In this document: piece by piece, positions 52,824-64,000 of the stretch
How positions within the stretch are numbered: the stretch's first letter is position 1
Layout: each line of letters opens with the position of its first letter
NCBI GenBank assembly: GCA_030141605.1
Contig: JAQGDQ010000027.1
Span: 682,001-746,000, forward strand
Length of the DNA: 64,000 bases
Reading direction: 5' to 3'
From: Tubiluchus corallicola
Lineage: Eukaryota; Animalia; Priapulida
Notes under the pieces: generated by a model
Told to the model about the DNA's origin: nothing
Database searches by the model: none
The model's input: the letters and a program-made list of their open reading frames with translations, nothing else
Translations under genes and position numbers: made by a program

Positions 52824-54508
52824 TTTCCAACTGAGGAGCAGCCTGCGAAAAAAATCAGTAGGAGTAGCCGCAGAAAAAGAACATACGCAGGTTGCGTAAA
52901 CGGAGCGTTCAAGACAATATAAACCGATTTTATCTATCCCGTAACGCCAAAACGCATCCTCATCCGGAAAATGTTTAAACGCAACTTTGCAAAAGTCTGA
53001 TAAACGGGTAAATTGAAAACAATATAAACCGCATAACGGATAATATTGTTCCGCCGTCGGGTTCTCGCCGCCAGGGTCTTATGAACCAATACCTTGGACT
53101 TTTTGAACCAGTGCTGTTGGTGGGCGAGAGGCCTCGGTTCAAAATCGACATCCTGAAACAGAACTAACAAAGCAAACAACTCTGAGACATTCATCAACTT
53201 AAAAAGAGCGGTGTAAGGCCCGAGCAAAAATACTTACCTATTAGCTTTGTAAAAACTAGATTGTTACTGTTAAATAAAGTTCTCTACTCACGACCGAAAC
53301 ATACAGTTGGCTAAACATGAAAAACACAGAAAACTAATCTACCCTCGAGGGCCTCCCTCACATTACGCTGAAACAGTTGGAAGACAAGTCCTGAGAGGAC
53401 GGGTGCAGTCTTGTCCTGTTTAGCGTTACAAACACCAGCAACCACCGGACTCAAAGAAACAGGATACGGCACTCGTATTTATAGACTTGCAGGTGAAAAC
53501 AGGTGAGTATCGGATCTAGAGCCAATCGTAACGCGGGGTTTGTGAATTCCATTCAAGTAAGACTAGTGCATTTAAAATTATAAGGGTGTTTTACTTTAAC
53601 ACGACTCGAAATAACATACAGGCCGCATATCTGTGTCCTTGAGTGAGTGAAAAAGTTTGAACGCAAAACAGAGCGAAGCTCAGCCCAGCAAAAATATAAT
53701 TCGCATTCCGGATGATAGGTAAACACCACTTTAGTGTATATTGAAGTGTTAGTGTTAAAAACCTATTAACTTACCGCATACATCACTAATGCGTACTTCC
53801 AAAGTCTGAGCCTATTAGAGAAAGTATGGTATGTATTTAAACAGACAACAAGAGCTCTTTGATTTAGAACCTGAATTTTGTGGTAAATTCTTGTCATCAA
53901 TTTTGAAATTTTACACAATTAACTCGCTATGTTGTTATTTTGTTGTTAACATCATTTATTTTTTCTAACTCCGTGCCAATTTTTGTAATGTTCTTGATGG
54001 ACTATAATGTTATTATTGTCAATAAAATACTACTACTACTGTCACATTCATTCAACTCGCATCTAATTGATGTTCCAATCAACTATGTCGAATTTTTGCA
54101 AAAGACTATTTGAAGTTAACAACAGTACAGCTGCAGTTTGCAGTCGTTCGGCTAAAATTTTCCTAGCAGCGCTTGTGGATTGTGCCTCGGACCAAGCTGA
54201 TCCTTAGCAGAAGTTGTTGGAATTTTGCCGATAATTTGGGTTGAAAGTTGGTCGTTGGTCGTTTTCCAAATAAATGTGTGTCTTCGGAAACATCGGAAAC
54301 GAAGTCTAAGTCTGTCCTATTTACAAACTACGACTTTTGCTTACGTCTGTTGCACTAGTCAAACGCATACGTCTAGAAAGCACCTATGACTGACGCGATA
54401 GACACATACACGAAGCCATGTTCTAATTACTTACGACGTTGTAATTAGGACCCAAAAAATCAACCAGATAGGTGAGATTGGGTTACGTGCTCGTGTGTGT
54501 TACACTTC

Positions 54509-54545
54509 TATGGCAAAAGAAAAGTGTTGCTTTTCTTTTGCCATA
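54509..54545. repeat. Perfect 16-bp inverted repeat with 5-nt spacer
   Basis: TATGGCAAAAGAAAAG-tgttg-CTTTTCTTTTGCCATA. Confidence 0.9.
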
Positions 54546-55327
54546 ACGAATAACAATGATTAAACAATATTGGACTGTTTGATTTGAATTTTTTGTTACT
54601 TTTGAAATCTTGCGTTTTCTTATAAATCATTCAACACGGTTCGAAAAAAATGGCTTGTTGATTTATATCCTTCATCTAAATCACTATTTAAGCTAATGAA
54701 TCTTTAATTAAATCATGATTTTTAATACTGCGTATTTTCATTTGGGTGATGTCAATTTAAAATCACAAAAACGATTGTATAGAAATTGGTGATTTCCCTT
54801 TCGTGATAGAATATGTAGCTTCGCCAAGACAGTTTTTCTTTGATTTTTTGTAAAATGAATATGTTACTATATTAATAATACTACTTTGTAGTCTTTCTTT
54901 AAAAATGCCACGTATCAAGAAACGTACATGAACGCTTCAATCTGAAATTTAGACGTAACAGAAACACTAAACAAAGACATTGAACAGATGGAAAAAAACA
55001 GAACAAGTCCAAATTTCTCAGAGCAGCAGCGGTTAGTAACATTGTAAGAGAAAAAAGCTAACAAAAATCCAACTTTTTTTTAAAAAATGAAAAAATTCTG
55101 TTTTGTTTTTAAATCGTGCGTTTCCAACCCTATCATTCAAATCAAGATAATGCCAAGAACCGATGAGTCAAAGATAAACTTTCTGTACCAGAATGTTTCC
55201 CCTTTATTAGATTTCCTTTTAATATGATTCTTGATATGAACTTTTCAAGGAGTACAGGAAAACGGCATTATGCCACTTTTCTTTAACCGTCGTTTACGTG
55301 TTGAACCCACGTCGGTTTACCCTACGA

Positions 55328-55498
55328 CGCGTTCAGCCTAGAGAATTTTCTGGCATCTCTCCGAGAGTAAACTCTCAAGTGTGAACGGCTTTGCAAGTTC
55401 TCTCACAAGAATTCCCAGCAACTCTGTGGAAAGCCGTTCAAACTTGTGGCGTTTAATCTCAGAGAGAATCTGCGAGAGAAAACTCTAGTCTGAACGCG
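55328..55498. mobile_element. Palindromic (foldback) MITE
   Basis: CGCGTTCAGCCTAGAG..GTGAACGGCTTT pairs with AAAGCCGTTCAAAC..CTCTAGTCTGAACGCG. Confidence 0.7.
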
Positions 55499-56240
55499 CC
55501 GATACACCACGTCCAGGACGTGCGAACAAAAAGCGTCGTTTAAACAGATTCGCTTTTCTCCAAGACGTATGCGAAAAATGCATAAATCTTGGACGTGGAT
55601 CTAGGACGAATCGTGCAAAATAGGCCTTTAGACACAGCTGTAGTAGTTAGACTTACCTAAACAGCTGAACGTGCAGTAGAAGGTTACTAATATGATACGC
55701 TCATACGCACGGTTTAAATGGACAAGGCAAAAAGAATTATAGTCAATCCGAATTTTAGGAATATCATTTTATGTACAACAAAGAGTAGAAAAAGAAGGGC
55801 AACGAATTTAATACATGTGTAGTAGACAGGCCAAAGGAGGCAGCAAATTGTAAATAGCTCCAATGAAGATTAAATTTTAAAATGGATGACTGTAATTATT
55901 GTAATAGAATTTCAGGCTTAAATCGCAGGAAAGCTGCGTATCTTTAACAATGTAGGCTCACTGTTGATGCGTAACTTTAACCGAAGTAAATCGACAATAT
56001 AATTAACATCTACTTAATAAACGCATTAGGAAAATCATGGTAATGTATACAGAATCTAATATGCTGTTAGTATCACGTGTAACCCCAGGCATATAATTAT
56101 CCTGTAGGTGACTTTTATGAGCCTAACCAATAAGCCATACTTAATGGATTCGTCTGCGCCATCTGTTAGAAAAGCCAGTCAAAGTCTATAATCAGACCCA
56201 GCTTTTATTACTATGATTAATTGCCTGATAGCGGAGAAAC

Positions 56241-56407
56241 ATCTCTGCATGTATTCAAGAGCAGTTCTCAAACTACGTTATAATTAGTCATGTTCAATCA
56301 GTTAGCTCTTGACTTCCTGAGAAGTATCTCTGCATGTACTCACGAGCAGTAATCAAACGACTTTATGATAGGTTATGTTCAGTCAGTTAGCTCCTAGCTT
56401 CCTGAGA
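56241..56407. repeat. ~85-bp tandem duplication
   Basis: ATCTCTGCATGTA..GAGCAGT..ATGTTCA.TCAGTTAGCTC..CTTCCTGAGAA occurs twice. Confidence 0.8.
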
Positions 56408-56988
56408 AATCCACAGAATTTGAGATGCCTGATCGTTAATTTTAATTTTATTTCCAAGTCTAGGCGTCTTCCACAGATTTGCCTTGTTAATTGTCTTGCA
56501 GCCACCGCACGCTGTTAAATTAACAGATTGTTATAACTGCATGCACTGCTTAATATTTTGACACAGGTTTCATTAGTCAAAAAATGTCCATCAGCGAAAG
56601 TGGTAAAATATCTCAGCTACTTTCTTTATTCCACTTGCAAAGGTTTAGATTATTAGCAATGATTATTGCCATGTACTAGGAACTTCTAAACTATATTCTA
56701 CTTCCTGAAACGCGGCAGAGCCAGTGAAGCCAAGTTTAATGTGAAAACCAGTAAGCGATTTAATTCAGGATTTAATAAACTGCTCACTGTCCTCCGTTTT
56801 CCCACCATCTTAAAATTATTGTTGTGAATAAATTTATGAATCGGTATTTTGGAAGTAAATTAATGGAGTTATCAGCTGAATTAGATTCAGTTGATAAATC
56901 TCACGCCTCCCTGATTTCATAAGATAAATTTATACGGTTGACAGAGAAACTCACCCAGCTGACAGTACGAATTTAATGCGACACGAAT

Positions 56989-57797
56989 TGTCACACGTGT
57001 TATAGAGATGCAGGTGTCTTGTATAGGAAATTGTAGAAATACAGGTGTCTTGGCTAAGGAAGACACTATTGTCTTAAATGGATACATGCAGAGTTAGAAC
57101 TAATTAAGAGAGGTTCTATAGCGATTTAGATGTCGCGTAGAAGTGACTTTATGATAGCAGCCAAGGTCTCTATCAGTGCTCAGTGACATTAGAGAGAGAA
57201 ATCTGAAGATTTGCCGACGACGGTAGGAAGATCTCAAAAGGCGATGGAATTCAAGAGAACACCTTACTGATTGTAAAATCAGAAGTCTCTTGACGGGAGG
57301 TAGCATCTGCCGCAGGTGTTGCTGGATGTTGCCATATGGTGCAATCTTTGCGAAGGTCAGCTCTCAGAAATATAAACTCTGGTAAGAGGCTAGAGAAACA
57401 CACACAACGGGGTGATGTGAGAAACACACACGCACAGCGAAGGGGAGAGTCTGACAGTGATTGCCATCGTGGTGTGTCCGAGACAGTCTTCTAGACGAGA
57501 GGAGCATCGTTTTAGCCCAGCATAGAGGATTCTGCGTTCTCAGCCAAAGACTGAGTACTGGAGCGACGAAGTCTCGAAAAGCTATCAGGATTTGACCAAG
57601 TGTAAGGGTACATTGGTCAATCCACAAGTTAAGTGAATTCAACATATTTGTATCTGAGAATAAATCTGTATAACTGTAGTATTCACATTGTATTAAGCAC
57701 CTTCAGTGCAGCATATTGAATCGTTATCAATTAAAGTGAATAGCATCTTCTCTGGAGCTATACTCTAGTTGTAAGTGCCCACCGGCGTATAAGGACA
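56989..57797 (+). mobile_element. Possible solo LTR
   Basis: TGTC...GACA ends, TATAAA near 57371, AATAAA at 57659, higher GC than flanks; no clear TSD or PBS; 3' end may extend to about 58155. Confidence 0.35.
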
Positions 57798-59594
57798 AAT
57801 CGTGTAAAGTAATCCAGATTAGATAACGTGTAATTTGTATTCGAATAAAATCTATTCACTGTGGTAATGCAGATAACGAGTTCTTGTATGATTAAGAGCA
57901 TTCAAAGTAAAGCAACACTAAATCCTAGATACGAACTTGAGAGATTCGCATTGTACTAAAGAAAGCTCAATTGCGGGAGCAACGCTCGATAACTTGAGGG
58001 AAGAAGGCCTCCACTCACAACGCAAGGTCGAAGTGGAAGTCTTGAAGGACAACATCATTGCCTGATAGACTGAACTAAAGCCCTCGGAGTCAGGTGACTG
58101 AAAAGCGACCAATCACCTCATAGCGAACGGGAAGCGAATCTATAAAATCTACACAATCTATAAATCTATACGATTAATTCATGATCACTCGATACGGCTA
58201 GATAAGCTATACGATCAATATATCGAGAAAAGGGTCGTGCTAATATAAAACTTCACATTTAAGCAAGTCCACATTGTCTATAGTGAAAACAAGGCAGTCA
58301 TCGTTGAAATTTCACGAGATGTTAACTAGACACAAAAAATGAAATTGTCACTTGGTGTGGCCAATAACCTACTGACACGACTGCGATGGACAAATCCAAC
58401 TGACTGGTTCAAGTTGATTGGAAACTTCTGTTTTTCTGCAATGTAAAAGATACTCTGTCCAAACGGAATGGATCTAATAAATCACTTGACAAAAGCAAGA
58501 CAGTATAATTGATGCAAGGACGCTTTCGTGTGCTATATCTGCACCAGAATTCTTCAGTTAATTAAACACAGTTATTTATAATAAACATACAAAATTACAC
58601 AGCAGTGAACAGAAACTAGGCTCTGCTATTTTTTGCGTCTCGGAGCCACAGTTAAACCAACTTTATTGAGCAAAAAGTATTTATTAAAATAAGAAGTATT
58701 TATGTTATACAGTATGTTGAAGAAAACGAAAGTTGTTCATCAGCGTCATATAGTTGATGCATGTGAGCGTAATTAGCTATCATAAAAAGTATGTGGGTTG
58801 TGTAAAATGTGGTTAGAACAAATTGCACAGTAACTGGTAAATGGTAAGTGAACTAGTATTAGGCTTAAGATAATAGCAGCTTAAAATGAATTTAATAGTC
58901 CTAGCAGCAACGAATGTGTTATTTTTGTTTATCTCATCAAATTTTGCTTTTCACTTCAAAAAGGAACTCGGACTGGTTTTTAGTGAGGCGTAAGCATCAG
59001 GTTAAAAGCATCTGTTTCAAGTACTAAGTTAAAGAAGATTAGAGAAATGAAATGCTGTGATTAAGATATTAAGATGTGGCTAGTGGCTTTTAAATAGTAG
59101 TGCCCACGTATTCCCAGTCATAAATTCATAATTTATTGCTACACTTGTTTATAAATTTAAACATGTTAAATATTACACTATACTCTTGGAAGGTTGACAA
59201 GAACGTTTAAATGTAAAAACTACCCTAGGATTAGTAAAGATTGAACAATAAACACTCGGAAGTTGTATTGTCAGGCTAGTGTATTGAACAGGAATGATAA
59301 TCAAGCAAAACAAGATCTCATTGAATTCCAGTTTGTTTAGAACCTTTTGGGCTATTCTGCAACGTGCATGTTAAAGTTTTATACAAACGGCTTTTTATAT
59401 TTAACCCTCAACCTATTAATAATTATAGCAGGATTGCTTTCATTAACCGAAGATTCACTGCTTTCGCTTGCATCTGGTTTCAATTGACACACTTTGTGAA
59501 GTCCTCTGCATCGGTTAAGGTTATAGGTGTCGAACGTGGGAAGTTTCATGAGAAAATACCACTAGTAATATATCTGTTAATCGTGCATTGTTAC

Positions 59595-59626
<32 letters not shown>

Positions 59627-60197
59627 TTTGTTGCTGTTGCTTTTGCTTTTGCTTTTGCTATTGCTGTTGCTTGTTGTTTTGTGATTATTCTTATTGCTAC
59701 TATGTTCGTCGTCACCACCACCATCGCCATCACCATCGTATTCGTCACCATTATTATAGTTTCAAAAGCAGGTGATAATTTATTTATAGCATAAATAAAA
59801 GGTTTCCATTACTTCAAGTTTATAGCTTATTAAAACTCAGTAGTAATGGTTAACTGCAAAATAGTTTAATTATACCAGCGTAATTATTTTTAAACAAGCA
59901 GCAGGTTTTTCCGCATTAACTTTCTTGTACTTATTATGTGATATTTTGTATTCAGCATTAACTTTCTTGTACTTATAATTTGATATTTTGTATTCGTTCT
60001 CGTAAAATACCTTGCATGAGTTACTCATTAACAAGCTTTCTTATCATAATGTTCACATTTTATGAGCTATAATGTCTCCAGATTAAAATTCGTTTTATGA
60101 GCAGCAGCAACTTGAAAATAACGTTGATTATAGTCATAATACACGCGGGCTAATTAAAACTTAATGTCAGCCAAACTTAATATCCACCGCATCGAAT

Positions 60198-61017
60198 GTA
60201 GGTAAAAATGGCGCAGGTAAAAAATAGCACGCTAAAAATTCGCACAGGAAAAAATGGCATAGGTAAAAATGGCACGGTAAAAATCGCACAGGAAAAAATG
60301 GCAATGGTAAAAATGGTACTGGAAAAAATGGCTCAAATGGAAAGGTAGGAAAAAATTGCACATATGTTACTTTGATGCAGCTGATTTTTCTAATAAGAAT
60401 ACGCTCTGTAACAAGATGCGTTCAGGAGGAAGTAGATTTCTGCCAAAGACGAACAATCCTAACCTTATTTGTCTGATTCTTTTGATTCAAAAAATTTAAC
60501 ACAAAAGGTAAACAAGCAAACATACAAAAATGTACCTCTATTAGTATTATATAGACTAGCAAAAGATTCACAAAATATTTTTTCATTAAATGGGTTTATA
60601 ATCAATAATGCACGAATGTTGCACATGGTGTTTATCTACCTTTTTCATCATTAATTTTGGCGATGGTAATAGACTGACAAATATATATTAATAAGCAAAG
60701 GCTACAGACAGCGTTACACCTTATGTCCGCCTTTCTTTACAAAGTTTCTTGGAGATCTGTTACATCTAGTCGTAATAGGCTTACTGCCATAACAGACAAA
60801 AACAGCCAAACAAACAGACAAACAAACAAACAAACAAACTGTGTTGAAAAATAAACTTCCTTGGCAGAAGTAAAAATAACTAAAATAATTATTTCCCTCT
60901 CTAATCCTAACCCTAAGCACACTTTTTTCCTGTGCCATTTTTGCCTGTCGGTTTTTACCTACTTTTCCATTTGTTATTTTTCCCAGTGCGATTTTTACCT
61001 GTGCCATTTTTACCTAC
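60198..61017. mobile_element. Foldback-type element with TIRs made of ~15-bp tandem units
   Basis: GTAGGTAAAAATGGC(G/A)CAGGTAAAAA at both ends in inverted orientation; arrays of GGTAAAAATGGCACA. Confidence 0.8.
60712..60880 (-). mobile_element. Helentron-associated (HINE/DINE-like) insert
   Basis: Minus strand TTTTACTTCTGCCAAGGAAGTTTATTTTTC followed by (TTTG/TCTG)n, the usual HINE 5' layout. Confidence 0.55.
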
Positions 61018-61031
61018 TTCCAACTAGACTA

Positions 61032-61152
61032 ACTGAATGAACTTTCACTTACAAACTTGAAATCCTGAAACTGAGTGCAATTTCCATATTAAATGATTAG
61101 AAATTGCACTCAGTTTCAAAGTTCAAAATTAGTACATGAAAATTCATCAAGT
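61032..61152. repeat. Palindrome with a perfect 19-bp core
   Basis: TGAAACTGAGTGCAATTTC (61066-61084) / GAAATTGCACTCAGTTTCA (61100-61118) plus degenerate outer arms. Confidence 0.85.
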
Positions 61153-61840
61153 AAGTTTAACTACTCGTAGTCCGAGTATCATTGCTATTATTTATGGTAT
61201 AAATACATTATTTCTGTTTCATTTACTGACCGCTAAGCCTAGGATCTCACTGACGAGATAGGGAGGAATGGCCTATGGGAGTGTGGCAATAACTGTGTAT
61301 AAATAACCATAAATACGCAGCTTTGTGTTCTAAATGGGGTGTAACAAAACAAGCTCTTCTATTACTAATAGTCGCATTTAAATGGCATGATTTTATTTAT
61401 CTATTTAATAGACCCGTCACGTTACATAGTTTTTGTTCTATTTATTCTTATCGGTCTATCTGCCACTGCAAATGAAACTAGAATGCACAAATATAATTTC
61501 GACTACATTCTTAAAATCTGTAAAGTCCTACTAGGTGTGTTTTTGCAGACTTAAGAACCACTTTTCCAGTCTTGCACATTTCGTCGGTAAACAAGCTAAG
61601 ACAAATTCGTGCCTGGCCTTCCCCCGGCTTGAAATGTACAAGCCTAATGCTGAACCATTTAATTTAGTGACCAGATGAGTTGGCCACGAAATCATAAACA
61701 TATACAAGCTTGCAATCTTTGAGCTAACAATATTTATACGAGTTGTAAACTTGCATGTAACTGCAACTTTGTATTTCTTCTTTTACCCTTCATATATCAC
61801 CATATCATGACATTCCCAGCTGCTTCAACACTGTTGTTGT

Positions 61841-61983
<143 letters not shown>

Positions 61984-64000
61984 AACTATTTTATTAGAAA
62001 TTATAGTTATTATTATTCAGACTGACCTTATCGAAAAAAATGCAAAATAAAAAATGCGCGTACTTTAATCTCGTTTCAACTTGTTTATTTTATTCTGCTG
62101 GCTGCCCTGGAACATAAAAGAAAGAATTTCAACATCTTTCTCATTTGAACAGAGGAGATTATTAGAAAACGTGATCTTTCGATAATATTTGTCCTTTGAT
62201 CATAAATACGCCAATTTATTTTTCTGTACAAATGACACAAAAGAAGAACTCGGAATTCATGCTGTTTCCTCTATGATACATATACACTCTTCCTTAAATA
62301 CAATAGCTGGCGGTAGATAAAACAAATGAGAAAGAATTTCCTGACAATCTCATCCATTTACCAATCAGGCCTAACACATGTGCAAGCGCCGTGACCACTC
62401 AGCCACTCGCTAAAAATACCACTACTACTAACAGTATATTTACTACTTTCATTTTTTATGTATTTTGATGCCTTTGTAAATTCATAAATAAGGCTCAAAA
62501 ATTCGTCTTGAAATTTTGTATCACTTCCATGCTGTCATTGCACACGGAGCTTGCCTTAGCAGTAAGTCAACGGTAGATCGTTTGAAACAAGTTTAGATAA
62601 TATTGAGTAAATTTGCATATTAATCAGTGCATTCGTAACATCATCTTCCCCAGCTGAGCAAGAGTTCAAGTTACTGAATTTTGCTAATAAGATTAATAAA
62701 ATGTTTTTAGTGAACCAGTGGTGCACACTGGGAAAGATGATGCAGTGACGTTTTATCAGTAGGCACGAAAAATTTTAAATTATTGAGTTACATATTTTCC
62801 AGTTACATAAGACTCTCAAAGAGCTACACGTAATGCAAAGTAAATATAAGTTTGTATGGAAAGTTTTTTGGGCTTGCTTTAAAATTCCGTTTTCTACCCC
62901 TTTGATCAAATTCATTAATATAAGCCTTATTATAAATTCTACATTTTAGTTAACTAAAAATTCATTTGAATAATGTACAGTCTTGTTGTAGACTGTAAGA
63001 CGAAAAGCAAAACATTTCTTGGCAAAAACTCTCACACATTTAAAACATTGGGAACTGGTTAACCCGATTTACTAGAAGGGCAGATTCCAAAATAACATCT
63101 GCCAACTTCACTTCTTGAAAGTGTGCGCTTGAACAGTATTGCTTTGGAATCTTTCCAAAATTATTAACCTATTAAAGTGTTCTTATGATAGGACTGTTTG
63201 AACGATACTGTCTATTGCATTCTTATATTTAGTATTTACTGCCATTTCAATATTAGTACTGCAGATTGTAATGCAATACTTACTATAAAGAAATCGAAAA
63301 TGGGATACCGGTCAGTACGTGAATCGTAATCCTGAGACAAAATCTCGCATCCTGTTTTACTTTCCAGTAATGTCTGGAAATTTTAAGCTAATTTATCATA
63401 AAACCCTATGTGCAAAACGTACGCAAAAAATTCTACTGGTTGCACTGCAACAACTAAAAAGAAAATGTGAAAACTAACATTAACATTATAGTTTATAAGT
63501 AATATGAAATAAAACTAATTAAGTAAATGTGCATGCATGCCAAACTGTACTAAGCTAAAGATTACACAAAAACTGATACAAAAAAACAGAAATAAAGAAT
63601 AAAATGGAATAAATGAAATGAAAAATAGTTATTAGGAATTATGCGACTTATGAGGAGGCACATACAATTAGTGTCAATGTTCCATTTTCATATTATACTT
63701 TAGTTCATTTATATTTCTATTTAGTCTTTTTGGATGTCCTTAACAGAATAAGTTAAGTTTAGCCTAACAGAATAGGTTCAACTTGCACCAAATACGTTCT
63801 TTGGGTAAAAATTGACGTGCGATAATTATCATTTTTCACTTGCTAGAATTTGGCACAACACTGTTGGTGTGTTTTCAAACCCCAGAAACATCTTACTATT
63901 TTATGCTTTCCTGCTTTCATACGCTTGCCTGCGATATTACTATATTCGCAAGCTTTATTGCTTCTTTGACTTTGGATTTCATGAACAACATTATTTTATT

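Noticed and set aside
60198-60362. CRISPR-like or coding repeat array (ORF 60167-60361)
   Set aside because: Tandem 15-mers without unique spacers, eukaryotic context, and part of a TE TIR

Overview
AT-rich metazoan genomic DNA with GT-AG introns. An RFX4 orthologue and the repeat landscape suggest a non-insect invertebrate (inference). Two complete multi-exon genes were rebuilt by hand on the + strand, with consistent splice phases. (1) 3173-19920, 16 coding exons, about 930 aa, domain order LIM zinc finger - Rap-GAP (intact RKRHIGND Asn-thumb motif) - split BTB/POZ - BACK-like; possibly related to Drosophila radish. (2) 22665-36853, 14 coding exons, about 497 aa, an RFX4-type winged-helix transcription factor. 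A canonical RFX X-box (GTTACCATAGCAAC, 2438-2451) lies upstream of gene 1. The last 27 kb has no recognisable protein-coding gene. It is a patchwork of MITEs (including an intact hAT element with 13-bp TIRs and an 8-bp TSD), LINE remnants, tRNA-derived SINEs, a Helentron-type insert, an LTR-like block, microsatellites and possible orphan or non-coding exons. Notable hidden signals are minimal type I hammerhead-ribozyme motifs (one near-intact inside an RFX4 intron, and a palindromic pair whose two arms together rebuild a complete core) and a head-to-head tRNA-like palindrome. Most ORFs in the supplied track are artefacts of microsatellites or intron read-through.
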